NCBI RefSeq assembly: GCF_947496485.1
Contig: NZ_CANMCZ010000001.1
Location: 55,596 to 119,595 of the forward strand
Reading direction: 5' to 3'
From: an uncultured Winogradskyella sp.
GTDB lineage: Bacteria > Bacteroidota > Bacteroidia > Flavobacteriales > Flavobacteriaceae
Length of the DNA: 64,000 nucleotides
In this document: piece by piece, positions 27,123 through 38,900 of the stretch
Numbering within the stretch: the first letter of the stretch is position 1
Layout: each line of letters opens with the position of its first letter
Notes under the pieces: generated by a model
Databases searched by the model: none
Seen by the model: the letters and a program-made list of their open reading frames with translations, nothing else
Told to the model about the DNA's origin: nothing
Position numbers and translations under genes: made by a program

Positions 27123-29546
27123 CTACTCAATTGTTAAATATGTACCTTTAAAATTCTGATTTAATACCATCATTTTTATAGGTTGATCTGTTGCTATTCG
27201 CTTTACCTCAATAGAAGCTTTTCCATTTGCCATTTCAATAGACTCGCTACCAGTTGGAGTTCCTAAGCTTTTATATGTTTCACCGCCAGATAAACATTGA
27301 AAATAAACTCGTTTCTCATAATCTAAACAGCGTAATCCATTACTGTCGTGAGCTATTGCAGTTATAAGGTAATTCCCATTGTCCATTATCTTATATTCTA
27401 ACTTTAACCCTTTTGCCTTTTCATTTTTTGTGAATCGATAATTTACATCTAACTCATCCTTTACTTCATTTCCATCGTTTGTTTTACCAACAGACACTAA
27501 TGAGTTTTTACCTTCTTTAAAGTTGAGTGACCAATTTAATCCTGCGGCAGGAAATGCCTTAGTATCTCGCCTTTTAGTTCCAAGACTTTTCCCATTTAAA
27601 AATAATTCTACTTCACCACAATTACTGTAAACGCTTATATCTCTAGCCAAATCTTTTGGACCTTGACGTTCTGTCCAGGTATGTGATTCTATATAAGTAA
27701 AAGGATCTGTTGTGTTCCAATAACTTTTAAATACATAAAACGCATCTTTTGGATTGTTATCTCTATCTACCAAGCCTTTTTGATTCATATAAGGGATTGC
27801 ATTTTCTGGTCGTAATGGTGTACCAAAATCTTTAAAAGCCCATTGTGCATTACCTATAAAAGTTGAATCATTTTCTGAAATGCGCAAGTGCCAATCAAAT
27901 AAGTCAACAATATAATTCTCACTCCAATCGCCTATTTGTGCAATATTTGCTACATCTGTTTGTACAATCGCTTCTTCCCAACCATCAGCCTGTATTTTAC
28001 CTTCACCTGTAATAGGATTCTCGGTATGTCGTCCTAAATGACTCGACCCACCATATTCAGTATGTATAAAATGTTTATACTCTGCTTTATACTGATTAAT
28101 TGCTTTTTGATAACTTTTATAGCTTCCAGAATACCAACCAGACCAAATTGATGGTGAAAAAACATCAACTATATCAGCTCCTTCATAATACTTTCTAATC
28201 GCTGTTTTACGTGAATGATCTAACTCATGCGCATAGTCATTCAATTCTTTTAAATAGACATTAATATTCTCTCTATTATCACCTCCTTCAAAATCTGGTA
28301 GCCAATAAATTTCATTTCCTAAAGACCAAAAAATAATACTTGGATGATTATAATTTTGCTCAATAATTTCCTTGAGCATACCTTTAGTATTTTTCTTCCA
28401 TGCGTCATTTCCTAATCCACCTCGGCACCAAGGTAACTCATCCCAAACTAATAAGCCAAGTTCGTCACAAGCTTTATAAACTTCAGGATCTTGAGGATAA
28501 TGTGCTAATCGCACAAAATTAGTTCCCATATCTTTAATGAGTTCCATATCCGCTCTATGCTGTTCATTACTCATTGCTGCACCAACACCTGCATGCTCCT
28601 CGTGCCTGTGAGTTCCTCTTAATAATAATCGCTTACCGTTTAAGTAGAAGGCACCGTAATCTTTAAACTCGAACCATCTAAAACCTACTTTATCCGAAAT
28701 CTCATCTATTACAGCTTCTTTATCTAAAAGCTGAACATTTAACGTATAGAGGTTTGGATTATCAGTATCCCAAAGTTTAATATTCTCAATCCCATTGAAA
28801 CTAATTTCTAACTCTGAATCTGAAGCGTCGAAAGCTTGAGATCGTATCTCATTACCTTCACCATCAATCAATGTTGCCTTAATTCTTGAATCATCATTTA
28901 AATTATTGACGTCAAAAACTGCCAATAAATCTGAACTTTCGTTTGAAACATTTGGTGTCGTAATTTTTAAATTAGATAAATGCTGTGATGGTAAAGTTTC
29001 TAACCAAACATCTCTGGTGATACCTCCAAAAATAAAAAAGTCACTTTTTTGAGACGGAATAACTTCTGGATCATAGCCATTATCAGCACGCACTAAAATT
29101 TCATTCGATCCACTTGAAATTGCATTAGTAATATCAATCGTAAAACCGATGTAGCCACCAATATGACCACCAACTTTGTTGCCATTGACATAAACTTCAC
29201 ATGTAATATTGACACCTTCAAAATAAAGCTGATAGATTTGACCTGAAACTTTAAAAGGTATATCTAAAGTCTTTTTATACCAACTTCCTGATCGTCTGTA
29301 ACCTGGCTCTAAATCTGTTGCATCTAATGCATTCCATGTATGAGGCAAGTTTATATTTTGCCAATTGTCTTGATCTAATGCATCACTTATGTTTTCTGTA
29401 TTGTTTTCTAAATACAACCAGTCATTATTTATATTTGTTTTACTGCGTTCTTGACTTTTGTTTTCAGTCGTATTATTACAAGAGAACAGCAAGAAACTGA
29501 AGCTACATATAGCTACGAACTTAAAAAGTATAGATTTTGATATCAT
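27123..29546 (-). CDS. Glycoside hydrolase family 2 (beta-glucuronidase/beta-galactosidase type), lipoprotein
   Basis: LPHTWN, LYFEGVN, HIGGY, GFRWF, RLAHYPQ, NHPSIIFWSLGNE (acid/base) and TEYG (nucleophile) motifs; lipobox LFSC. Confidence 0.92.
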   Translation of the reverse strand: MISKSILFKFVAICSFSFLLFSCNNTTENKSQERSKTNINNDWLYLENNTENISDALDQDNWQNINLPHTWNALDATDLEPGYRRSGSWYKKTLDIPFKVSGQIYQLYFEGVNITCEVYVNGNKVGGHIGGYIGFTIDITNAISSGSNEILVRADNGYDPEVIPSQKSDFFIFGGITRDVWLETLPSQHLSNLKITTPNVSNESSDLLAVFDVNNLNDDSRIKATLIDGEGNEIRSQAFDASDSELEISFNGIENIKLWDTDNPNLYTLNVQLLDKEAVIDEISDKVGFRWFEFKDYGAFYLNGKRLLLRGTHRHEEHAGVGAAMSNEQHRADMELIKDMGTNFVRLAHYPQDPEVYKACDELGLLVWDELPWCRGGLGNDAWKKNTKGMLKEIIEQNYNHPSIIFWSLGNEIYWLPDFEGGDNRENINVYLKELNDYAHELDHSRKTAIRKYYEGADIVDVFSPSIWSGWYSGSYKSYQKAINQYKAEYKHFIHTEYGGSSHLGRHTENPITGEGKIQADGWEEAIVQTDVANIAQIGDWSENYIVDLFDWHLRISENDSTFIGNAQWAFKDFGTPLRPENAIPYMNQKGLVDRDNNPKDAFYVFKSYWNTTDPFTYIESHTWTERQGPKDLARDISVYSNCGEVELFLNGKSLGTKRRDTKAFPAAGLNWSLNFKEGKNSLVSVGKTNDGNEVKDELDVNYRFTKNEKAKGLKLEYKIMDNGNYLITAIAHDSNGLRCLDYEKRVYFQCLSGGETYKSLGTPTGSESIEMANGKASIEVKRIATDQPIKMMVLNQNFKGTYLTIE

Positions 29547-29549
29547 ATA

Positions 29550-30725
29550 TTATAAAGCGTTTAATCTCAGTAAAGTTTCTAAAAAATAATAGTCACCATA
29601 AACTATTGGTTCATCCATTTCATCTTTTTTAGGCCAATTACCTGTACTATGATCTAAAATAAATGGAGCTTCTACAGCAGCGTCTAATATATAAGCTTCA
29701 GACTGTAGACTATTGATGACCTTTTTACTATAATCTAAATATCTTTTGTCTCTTGTATACCCATAGAGTTCAACGAGTGCTGACGCCACAACTGTACCAG
29801 CAGATACATCTCTGACTGCGTTAGGTATTCCTGGATCTTCAAAGTCCCAATATGGAATGCCATCATCAGGTAAATTTTTGTGATTTAGAAAAAAGTTAGT
29901 ACTCGCAATAGCTCTGTCTAAATACTTTGTATTCTTAGTATAACGATATGCCATTGTATAACCATAAATTCCCCAACCTTGTCCCCTTGCCCAAGAAGAC
30001 TCATCATTATATCCTTGGTGTGTTACTTTCAATCTCGGTTGACCAGTAATGGTATCATAATCTACAACATGATAACAGCTATTGTCTGGTCGAAAATGGT
30101 TTTTTAATGTTGTATTAGCATGCGTAATTGCCAATTTATGAAAAGTACTATCTCCAGATATTTTAGTAGCTTCAAAAAGCAATTCTAAATTCATCATATT
30201 ATCTATAATGACAGGAAATTGCCAAATATCTCTATTGAAATCCCAAGAGCGAATACTACCAATATCTTCTTTAAAACGCGTACTTAATGTTTCAGCACTT
30301 TCTACTATTATTTTTTTATAGGCATCATTGTCTTCATGCTTCAATCCATTTCCAAAGCTACAAAATACTTTGAAGCCCATATCATGTGTACGATTATTGA
30401 ACTTTTCTTGCTCAATAAAAGCTGTCCATTCTTTAGCTTTATCCTTAAACGCTTCATCTCCTGTCAACTCATATATTTGCCACAGATTACCAGCAAAAAA
30501 ACCACTCGTCCAGTCCTTTGATGGTACTTTTTTAATCTCATTTTTTTTGTGAGAATAACTTCTTGGAAATGATAAAGAATCTGCTTGATAAGACATTAAT
30601 TTTGCATAGCGCTTTTGTAACTGTTTCTCTATTGATTCAGGTTCTTCATTAATAGACTTTGACTCATTTTTACAACTTATCAATAGTGTAAAAGCAAACA
30701 TTAGTATAAGGATATTTTTACTCAT
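29550..30725 (-). CDS. GH88 unsaturated glucuronyl hydrolase, lipoprotein
   Basis: DWTSGFFAG, HDMGF, VIIDNMMNL, WARGQGWGIYG, YWDF, RDVSA and YGDYYFLE motifs; start MSKNIL at 30725. Confidence 0.92.
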   Translation of the reverse strand: MSKNILILMFAFTLLISCKNESKSINEEPESIEKQLQKRYAKLMSYQADSLSFPRSYSHKKNEIKKVPSKDWTSGFFAGNLWQIYELTGDEAFKDKAKEWTAFIEQEKFNNRTHDMGFKVFCSFGNGLKHEDNDAYKKIIVESAETLSTRFKEDIGSIRSWDFNRDIWQFPVIIDNMMNLELLFEATKISGDSTFHKLAITHANTTLKNHFRPDNSCYHVVDYDTITGQPRLKVTHQGYNDESSWARGQGWGIYGYTMAYRYTKNTKYLDRAIASTNFFLNHKNLPDDGIPYWDFEDPGIPNAVRDVSAGTVVASALVELYGYTRDKRYLDYSKKVINSLQSEAYILDAAVEAPFILDHSTGNWPKKDEMDEPIVYGDYYFLETLLRLNAL

Positions 30726-30943
30726 AATTACATGTAACATCTTAAAGATTAGAATAAAAACAATTCAATAAAATAACTTAGGTTTTAATATTACAATACT
30801 CAACTGTTTTTAGAATACTAAAACTAGCAAAAAGCATTAAAGTATAAGTACAAATTAGGGTATATAAATATCCTAATTATTATTTCGATAGAAGGAATGA
30901 TAACATATTTCAAAGAAACAGAGATTCTTCCTTTATCAAAAAA

Positions 30944-30973
30944 AAAATCGACTCTATGACTAGAGTCGATTTT
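30944..30973 (-). terminator. Intrinsic terminator downstream of susD
   Basis: aaaatcgactcta-tgac-tagagtcgatttt stem next to a long A-tract (U-tract on the minus strand). Confidence 0.8.
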
Positions 30974-31012
30974 GATATTTATTATACTAGGTATTTAAAG
31001 CATAATTAAGAA

Positions 31013-32542
31013 TTAATATCCTGGATTATTAGGCATTAAATTTGGATTTCTTGCTAACTCATCTGCAGGTAATGGGTATAAATAATCTTGATCCTCAGAG
31101 AATCCAGGCTTAGCACCTTCTAAACCAGAAGCACCAAATACTTGTGGCCCGATTCTTCTTCTAGCGATGTCATACCATCTCTTAAACTCAAAAGCAAGTT
31201 CCCATTTACGCTCTTCTAAAACCATATCTCTGAAATCACTCTGAGATAAACCAGAAATATCTGCAGGAAACAAACCGGAAGTTACTCCATTACTATTTCT
31301 TGCTCTAGCTCTAACTCTATTTAAATAACCTTCTGCTTCCGTTGAGCCTGGGCTAACTTCATTCAATGCCTCTGCAGCTATTAGTAATACTTCTGCATAA
31401 CGTATCATAGAATAATTTTGTTGTGACCCTCTTCCATTTCCAGTAGCAGTTATACCTGTATTACGAGTGTATTTTGCAATATGTGGACGATTTACACCTC
31501 TACCACTTGCTCCACTTTCTTTAAACACTGTATAAGGCTGTGTAACTCCATTAAAGACTCCAGTAGTATCTAAACTAACAGCTTTTCTATAATCTCTGCC
31601 GTCCCATGTGTTGTAAACCTCTAGAGAAGGAACTGCAACAGACCAACCTCCACCAAGGTCATATTGTTCGTCATTTCTAAGACCAGTTAATGCTGCTTGA
31701 TAATCTCTACCTGTATCACCATCACTAAATCCATTAAAATCTAAAGCAAATATTGGCTCCAATGATCCGTCTATAGTGGTAGCATCGAATAAGTCTTGAA
31801 AATCAGCTTCTAAACCTAAGTTATAAGTACCTTCATTATCAATAACTCCTTTTGCCTCATTATAAGCACTTTGGTAATCACCAGTAGTTAAATACACTAG
31901 CGCTAAATATGAATGCGCTGCTGACTTGGCAGGTATAGATCTAGCTGCTTGCGTGTTAGGCAACCAAGTTTTAGCAAACTCTAAATCTGATATAATGTTT
32001 GTATATACATCAGCAGCAGAAGTTTTGCTGATTGAGCCTGCTGCATCAGCATCTGTTACTGGTTCATCTAAATAAGGAATAGCTCCAAATTGTCTTACTA
32101 AATGAAAGTATGCAAAAGCCCTAACAAAATAAGCTTGAGCTACAACTGGATTTTTCTGTTCATCAGGTGCACCTACCAAAGCAGATCCTGCAATAGCTTG
32201 ATTAGCAGCGGCTATAACTTGATAAACTCTTTGCCAATAACCCGAAATCATTCCATTATCGGTTGGGACATTAAATTCTTCGTGCTCAATTCTCCTTGTT
32301 GACGTTGTTGGATCACCTATAGATACCATATCACTTCGTAACATCAATGGCAATGACATTTTTCTTCCCCAGAAATCCTCTGTGGTCATATGTCCATAAG
32401 CTCCATTAACAGCGGTTTGAATATCTGCTACGCTGTTAAAAAATCCTTCAGGCGCTAGTAAACCTGATGGCTCCTCTTCTAAGTCTGAGCATCCCATTAT
32501 TGATACACCTATCAATAATAATAAAATTTTGTACGTTTTCAT
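31013..32542 (-). CDS. susD: SusD/RagB family glycan-binding lipoprotein
   Basis: Lipobox MGC; AYFVRAFAYFHLVRQFGAIP, IRYAEVLLIAAEA, ERKWELAFE and YLYPLP motifs. Confidence 0.95.
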   Translation of the reverse strand: MKTYKILLLLIGVSIMGCSDLEEEPSGLLAPEGFFNSVADIQTAVNGAYGHMTTEDFWGRKMSLPLMLRSDMVSIGDPTTSTRRIEHEEFNVPTDNGMISGYWQRVYQVIAAANQAIAGSALVGAPDEQKNPVVAQAYFVRAFAYFHLVRQFGAIPYLDEPVTDADAAGSISKTSAADVYTNIISDLEFAKTWLPNTQAARSIPAKSAAHSYLALVYLTTGDYQSAYNEAKGVIDNEGTYNLGLEADFQDLFDATTIDGSLEPIFALDFNGFSDGDTGRDYQAALTGLRNDEQYDLGGGWSVAVPSLEVYNTWDGRDYRKAVSLDTTGVFNGVTQPYTVFKESGASGRGVNRPHIAKYTRNTGITATGNGRGSQQNYSMIRYAEVLLIAAEALNEVSPGSTEAEGYLNRVRARARNSNGVTSGLFPADISGLSQSDFRDMVLEERKWELAFEFKRWYDIARRRIGPQVFGASGLEGAKPGFSEDQDYLYPLPADELARNPNLMPNNPGY

Positions 32543-32567
32543 GTTTTTTGTTTTTTCTTTAAATTTA

Positions 32568-35500
32568 TTAAAATCTTAGGTTAACTCCAAAATTAAAGGA
32601 TCTGACAGTTGGATAATTACCAAAATCGAAGCCTTGAGTTGTATTACTTTCTGAATTGCCTTGACCACCTGTTCCAAAATAACTTACTTCAGGATCTAAA
32701 CCAGAATAATCTGTTATTGTGAATAAGTTTTGTGCACTTACCGATATTCTAACACTCTCTAAACCTATCTTCCCTATAACGTCTTGAGGCAAGTTATAAC
32801 CAATGGCTATATTCTTTAATCTAATGTAACTTCCATCTTCTACGAAACGAGAAGAAATTTCTTTACCTCTAAGCTTAGCACGTGGAATATCTGTATTTGT
32901 ATTAGATGGTGTCCACGAGTTTAATACATCAGTTGTAGCATTAGAATCTCCATTAAACAACTGTACATTTGTAAGATTCATAATATCTCCACCTTGTACT
33001 CCTTGAAAAAAGATATTTAAATCAAAGTTTTTATAGGTAAAGTTATTTGTAAAACCAAATGTCCAACCTGGATTAGGATCCCCTATTATTTTTTTATCAT
33101 CGCCTGGAGAAATTACACCATCACCATCTAAATCCGTAAATAATTGATCACCTGCCTCTGCACCTGGTAAAATTCCTGTGCCTTCTGGTAACGAACCACC
33201 TTGGTAAACGCCTTGATATTCATAACCCCAAAAAACACCAACAGCTTCACCTTCTCTTAAAATATGGGTTTCATCTATATTAAAATAACCTGGAGACGCA
33301 TCAAGTATTATATCCTCACCATCTAACAATGTCACAAATTCATTTTTATTTGTAGACCAGTTTAAATCTGTAGTCCAAGTAAAATTCTCATTGCTTATGT
33401 TTCTTGTATTTAAATTTATTTCAAAACCTTTGTTATTCATCTCACCTACATTTTTTAAGCTAGGTAAAATACCAAAGTATTCTGGTTGAGACGTTTCTCT
33501 TATAATAAGATCTCTAGTATCTATATTATAATAATCTAATGACAATGAAACTTTATTATTAAGTAAACCAACATCTAAACCAATATTTGTTTGATAAGAT
33601 GTTTCCCATTTTAAATTAGGATTAGCTGCAACTTCTGGAAAAACAGCATTTACTGTTTGTCCGTTTAAGACAGCGTAAATATTATTGAATTGGGCTAAGG
33701 ACTCATATGCGCCAATAGCTTGATTACCTGTTAAACCATAACTAGCTCTAAATTTTAGATTAGAGATTTCTTCAATATTTTGCATGAAGTCTTCATTAGA
33801 TACTTTCCAACCAATTGCACCAGATGGAAATATAGCATACTTTTCATTTGCAGCAAAGTTAGAAGCACCATCTCGTCTTACAGTAGCAGTTAATAAGTAT
33901 TTATCATCCCAATCAAAATTTAATCTACCGAATTGTGATTGAATCTCTGATTCTACAAAGGAAGAAGACGGAAGTAACGGCACTGCACCACCACCTAAAT
34001 TATTAAATGAAAATGAATCTGATGTAAATCCTTGAGCACCTGCCGCAAAGCGTTGCGTATTTGTCTTCTGATAAGAATAACCTGCTAATAAGGTTAAGTT
34101 ACCTTTTCCAATTTCTCTGTTATAGGTTAAGTAATTCTCACTTAAAAGACTTGTTCTCTTAAAATTTTCAATTGCAGCGCTACCACCAATAGGTCCAGCA
34201 GTCTCAGTTAATGTTGAAGGTCTAAATAGACCAAAAGTCTCATTTCTGGTACTGTAACCAAAAGTCGTTTTAAAATTAAGACCTTCTAAAATATCATAAC
34301 TCGCATATAAGTTTGCTCTATAATCATCCCTTTTTGTTTGATTTACAGATTCAGTCGCAATGGCATAAGGATTGTCAACGTTATCTCCTACAGAGTTAAT
34401 TGTATTAATGCCGTTTTCATCTTGTATAGGTAAATCTGGTGCAAATCTAAACATCAATGAAATAACATCATCTCCACCTCCATTTGCAGTTTCACCTGTA
34501 GATTGTGTTGGTACACCATCCTGAGATCCTCTATTGGCAAATAGATTCATACCTAGTTTTAACTTGTCTGTAACTTGCGCATCAACATTTCCTAAGAAAG
34601 ATATTCTTTCAAATTCAGAATTTATAACAACTCCTTCTTGTTTAAAATAGTTGGTTGATGCATAAAAGTTAACATTTTCACTACCACCAGAAAAAGAAAA
34701 CTGATGATTTGAAACGCTACCGCCTCTATACAATAAATCTTGCCAATCCGTTTCGGCATTGCCTGGTGCATATCCAGGATTTAATGCAGTTTGATAAGTT
34801 GCAAATTGATCTGCGTTTAGTAAATCAAGTTCGTTTGCAGTATTTTGAGTAGAATAATTTGAATTAACCTCAACAGTTAATTTACCGCTTCTACCCTTTT
34901 TTGTAGTTACTAAAACAACACCATTTGAACCTCTAGATCCATAAATGGCCGTAGCAGAAGCATCTTTTAAAATCTCCATAGATGCGATGTCATTAGGTTG
35001 TGGCATCGTTGCACCTACAAAACCATCTACAACTATAAGGGGATTACTACTCGCGTTAATTGAAGTATTTCCTCTAATTTTAATATTGATTGGTGCACCA
35101 GGCTCACCACCATTATTAGATTGAACTACTACACCAGCAGCTCGCCCTTGAAGTGCTTGTTCTGCATTCAATAAAGGAAATGCATTTAGTTCTTTGGCTT
35201 TTACTGAAGAAACGGCTCCAGTTACATCACTTTTCTTTACTGATCCATAACCAACAACTACGATTTCATTAAGTTGATTAGTATCTTCTAGTAACGTTAC
35301 GTTAATAACAGATTGGCTTCCCACAGTTATTTCTTGTGGGACAAAACCAATATAACTGAAGACCAACACAGCCGTTCCATCTTCAACCTCGATACTATAA
35401 TTACCGTCAAAATCTGTAGTTGCACCTTGGGTTGTACCTTTAACCAGAATATTTGCACCTGGTAATGGCAATCCATTCGGACTACTCGAAACTTTACCAG

Positions 35501-35594
35501 TTACGGTTTGCTGAGCATTTAATGCTAAGCCGAATAAAAAGAATATCGAAAGTGATATCCATTTCACCTTTGCTTTTCTTAGTTGTTTTTGCAT
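32568..35594 (-). CDS. susC: SusC/RagA family TonB-dependent transporter
   Basis: CarboxypepD-like N-domain; VVVGYG, ILKDASATAIYGSRGSNGVVLVTT and NPNLKWET motifs; C-terminal Phe. Confidence 0.97.
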   Translation of the reverse strand: MQKQLRKAKVKWISLSIFFLFGLALNAQQTVTGKVSSSPNGLPLPGANILVKGTTQGATTDFDGNYSIEVEDGTAVLVFSYIGFVPQEITVGSQSVINVTLLEDTNQLNEIVVVGYGSVKKSDVTGAVSSVKAKELNAFPLLNAEQALQGRAAGVVVQSNNGGEPGAPINIKIRGNTSINASSNPLIVVDGFVGATMPQPNDIASMEILKDASATAIYGSRGSNGVVLVTTKKGRSGKLTVEVNSNYSTQNTANELDLLNADQFATYQTALNPGYAPGNAETDWQDLLYRGGSVSNHQFSFSGGSENVNFYASTNYFKQEGVVINSEFERISFLGNVDAQVTDKLKLGMNLFANRGSQDGVPTQSTGETANGGGDDVISLMFRFAPDLPIQDENGINTINSVGDNVDNPYAIATESVNQTKRDDYRANLYASYDILEGLNFKTTFGYSTRNETFGLFRPSTLTETAGPIGGSAAIENFKRTSLLSENYLTYNREIGKGNLTLLAGYSYQKTNTQRFAAGAQGFTSDSFSFNNLGGGAVPLLPSSSFVESEIQSQFGRLNFDWDDKYLLTATVRRDGASNFAANEKYAIFPSGAIGWKVSNEDFMQNIEEISNLKFRASYGLTGNQAIGAYESLAQFNNIYAVLNGQTVNAVFPEVAANPNLKWETSYQTNIGLDVGLLNNKVSLSLDYYNIDTRDLIIRETSQPEYFGILPSLKNVGEMNNKGFEINLNTRNISNENFTWTTDLNWSTNKNEFVTLLDGEDIILDASPGYFNIDETHILREGEAVGVFWGYEYQGVYQGGSLPEGTGILPGAEAGDQLFTDLDGDGVISPGDDKKIIGDPNPGWTFGFTNNFTYKNFDLNIFFQGVQGGDIMNLTNVQLFNGDSNATTDVLNSWTPSNTNTDIPRAKLRGKEISSRFVEDGSYIRLKNIAIGYNLPQDVIGKIGLESVRISVSAQNLFTITDYSGLDPEVSYFGTGGQGNSESNTTQGFDFGNYPTVRSFNFGVNLRF

Positions 35595-35665
35595 AAGATT
35601 GTTTTTTAATTAGTTTTTGATTTAGTGATTAATATTTAAAGTATTGATTTTTAGACGTTTAATAA

Positions 35666-35692
35666 TTGGTTAACCAAACTGGTTTACCAAAT
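35666..35692. promoter_or_regulatory. Tandem GntR/FadR-type operator overlapping the susC -7 element
   Basis: TGGTTAACCA-aac-TGGTTTACCA; the minus strand reads TATATTTG directly into it. Confidence 0.75.
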
Positions 35693-35933
35693 ATACTAAA
35701 AATTATGTTAATTTTAGTATTTACTTCTTTACATAGTGTTAAATTTTAAATGAAGTAAATAATAATCAAACCAAGTGTAACTATTACCGAAGCTAATATT
35801 ACTTCTAAATAAAACTTATTTGATTTGTTATTTTTCACATCCTAAATTTAACTTAAAACATCGTTGTAAAAATCCTAAAAAGGGGGTAAAAACATCCGAA
35901 AAAGCCTAATTGTAGTCCATTATATTTAAACTA

Positions 35934-38900
35934 CTAATAATCTGAAGAGAATCTATTAGTATATTGGGTTGGAGTCTCACCAAATTTCTTTTGAAAACAT
36001 TTACTGAAGTATTTGGGATTTCTAAAACCAACCTTATAACTGACTTCAGAAATATTGATTTTTCCTTGTTCAAGAATCTGAGCTGCACGCTTCATTCTAA
36101 AATGCATAATAAATTCATTAGGAGTAAAATTTGTCCAAGCTTTTACTTTCGTAAATAGCATAGTTCGGCTAACTCCCAAGTCCGTGCAGAAATACTGAAC
36201 ATCAAATTCCTCATTACCGATATTATCCTCAACAATTTGAAGTGCTTTTTTATAAAGCTTCTCATCTAAAGAGGAGATCATAATTTCATTGGGTTGCAAT
36301 GGATCTTCTGACGTATATTTTTGTTTTAGACGAGAAGTAGATTCTAATAAGTTTTTAATTCTTAATTTAAACTCATTGACATCAAAAGGTTTGCTGATAT
36401 AATCATCTGCGCCACTTTCTAGACCTTCTAGCTTATATATTAAAGATGTCCTCGATGTTAATAAAATAATGGGTATATGACTTGTCTTAATATCTCCTTT
36501 AATTGCCGAGCACAATTCTGTGCCAACCATTACTGGCATAATAACATCACTCACAATTAAATTTGGAGATTCTTTTTGTGCAATTTTTAAAGCCAGTTTA
36601 CCATTCTGTGCTTCTAAAATGTTATAATTCTCCTCCAATATGCTTCGCATAAACTTTCGGAGTGGATTATGGTCTTCAACTAATAATATGGTTTGTTTGT
36701 CTCCAGAAAGTGGTTGCACAGCAATATCGTCTTCTATGATCTGATTGGGTGTATCTAACTGTTTTACATATTGTGAGATATCATCACTAAACTTAAAATC
36801 CCTAATTATTTCATCTTTTTTCAAATGAGCACAACCTAAGGGAAGTACTACTGAAAAAATAGATCCTTCTCCACTTTCGTTATTTCTAACGTCAATTTTT
36901 CCTTTATGCAAATCGACAATATTCTTTGCTATGGACAGTCCTATTCCTGTACCTTTGCTATAATTATCATCAGGTTGATTATTTGTAGCAACTTCAAAAA
37001 ATCTATCAAAAATCTTTTCGTGATACTCTTTAGCAATTCCAACTCCAGAGTCTTCAACTTGTATTATGATTTCTTCATTTTCTTTTTTCACCTTAATTGT
37101 AATTTTACCACCATGAGGAGTGTATCTAAACGCATTTGAGATTAAATTATAAAAAACACGCTCTAGTTTATAGCGATCGTAATACACAAGTATTTCATCA
37201 TCGGAAGTATGAAAACTATAATCGTAACCTCTATCCTTAGCATACTCACTAAAGGACAAATAAATTTCCTTTAAAAACTTCACAAAATTACCTTCAGCAG
37301 ATTCGAGCTTTAATAAATTATTTTCAAGCTTTCTAAAATCCATTAAACGGTTAATAAGTTGTAGTAGTTGATTAGCACTACTTTCTATAATCATTAATTT
37401 TTTATACATCTTACTGCTACCCTTATAGTCCTCTAGGATCTGATGTAATGGCCCAGTGATTAAGGTTAGAGGTGTTCTAAACTCATGAGAAATATTAGTA
37501 AAAAATTCTAATTTTGCTTTGTTAGCCTCCTTGGTTCGTTCTACTTCTAGGTGCTCTAACTCTAATTGTGTTTGTAGTTTTGTTCTAGATTTTAGAATAT
37601 GCATTAAAAAATATAAAGCGCCTAAAATAAGGACTCCATAAATTAAAAATGCCCACCAACTCCTCCAAGGTGCTGGTGCTACTTTTATGATTAATTGAGT
37701 AGGATTTTCATTCCATATACCATCACTGTTAGCTCCTTTTACCTCAAATACATAATCACCTGCATTTTGTATAGTATACGATGCATTATTTTCAGTAGTC
37801 TCAACCCAATCATCCTCGAGTCCCTTTAATCTGTACTTATACCTATTGTTATTAGAGTTAATAAAATTTGGGACCGCAAATGCAACGCTAAAGTTACCTT
37901 GATTATAAGCAAGTTCTAGATCTTCTGTGAAAGTGATTGTTTCTTTTAAAACTGAATTTTTATTATTTAAATCAACTGATTTTTGTTTTATTTTAAAATC
38001 TGTAATGATGACTTGTGGTGCGTAATCATTAATATAGAGTTGTTGAGGATTGAAAAAAGTCACACCAGATGGACCACCAAAATAAAACTTAGAATTTTCG
38101 ACTTTAAGGCTAGAATTATCATTAAACTCATTACTTACCAAACCTTCTTTTTGATCGTAGATGATACTCTTATTCGTTTCTGGGTTAAATTTAACTAAGC
38201 CTTGATTTGTTGATATCCAAAGATTATTGCTTTTGTCTTCAAGGATACTGTGCACTGAAGATACTATAGTTTCATTAGCAATTAAATCTACTGATTGAAA
38301 TTTAGAATCTATTAACTTATATAAGCCTTTAGCCTTTGTACCAACCCAAATGGTTTGGTCATTAGCTTCATAAATTGATAAAACATCGTCTCCTGCTTCA
38401 ATGTTTTTCTCATAAAAATAGGTTGTGATATTACCTTCTGGATTTACTTTATTCAACCCATGCTCTGTGCCAACCCAAATATTTTCTTTTGAATCTATCT
38501 CAATGGTTCTAACCAAATTACTCGATAATGAATTCGAGACTTGCTCATTAAAACTGTAAGCATCAAATGTTTTATTAATAAGACTATATTGTACCAATCC
38601 CTTTCCAAAAGTACCTAACCAAATATTAGAATTTGCATCTTCTTTTATAGCATAAATGCCTACATCACTTAAATAGTCCATCAGTTCTGGTGAAAGTATA
38701 GATGTATTAAACTTATTTATTTTGGGATTGTATAATACAAGTCCAGAGTCGAAAGTACCAATCCAAAGATTATCATTTTTAGATATATGCAGCGATTTTA
38801 TATTATCGTTTAAAAGTTGTGGTGAATTATTTTCATTAATATAACTGTAAGAGTTATTGTTTTTGTTAAGTCTGGTTATTCCACCTCCTTCGGTTCCAAA

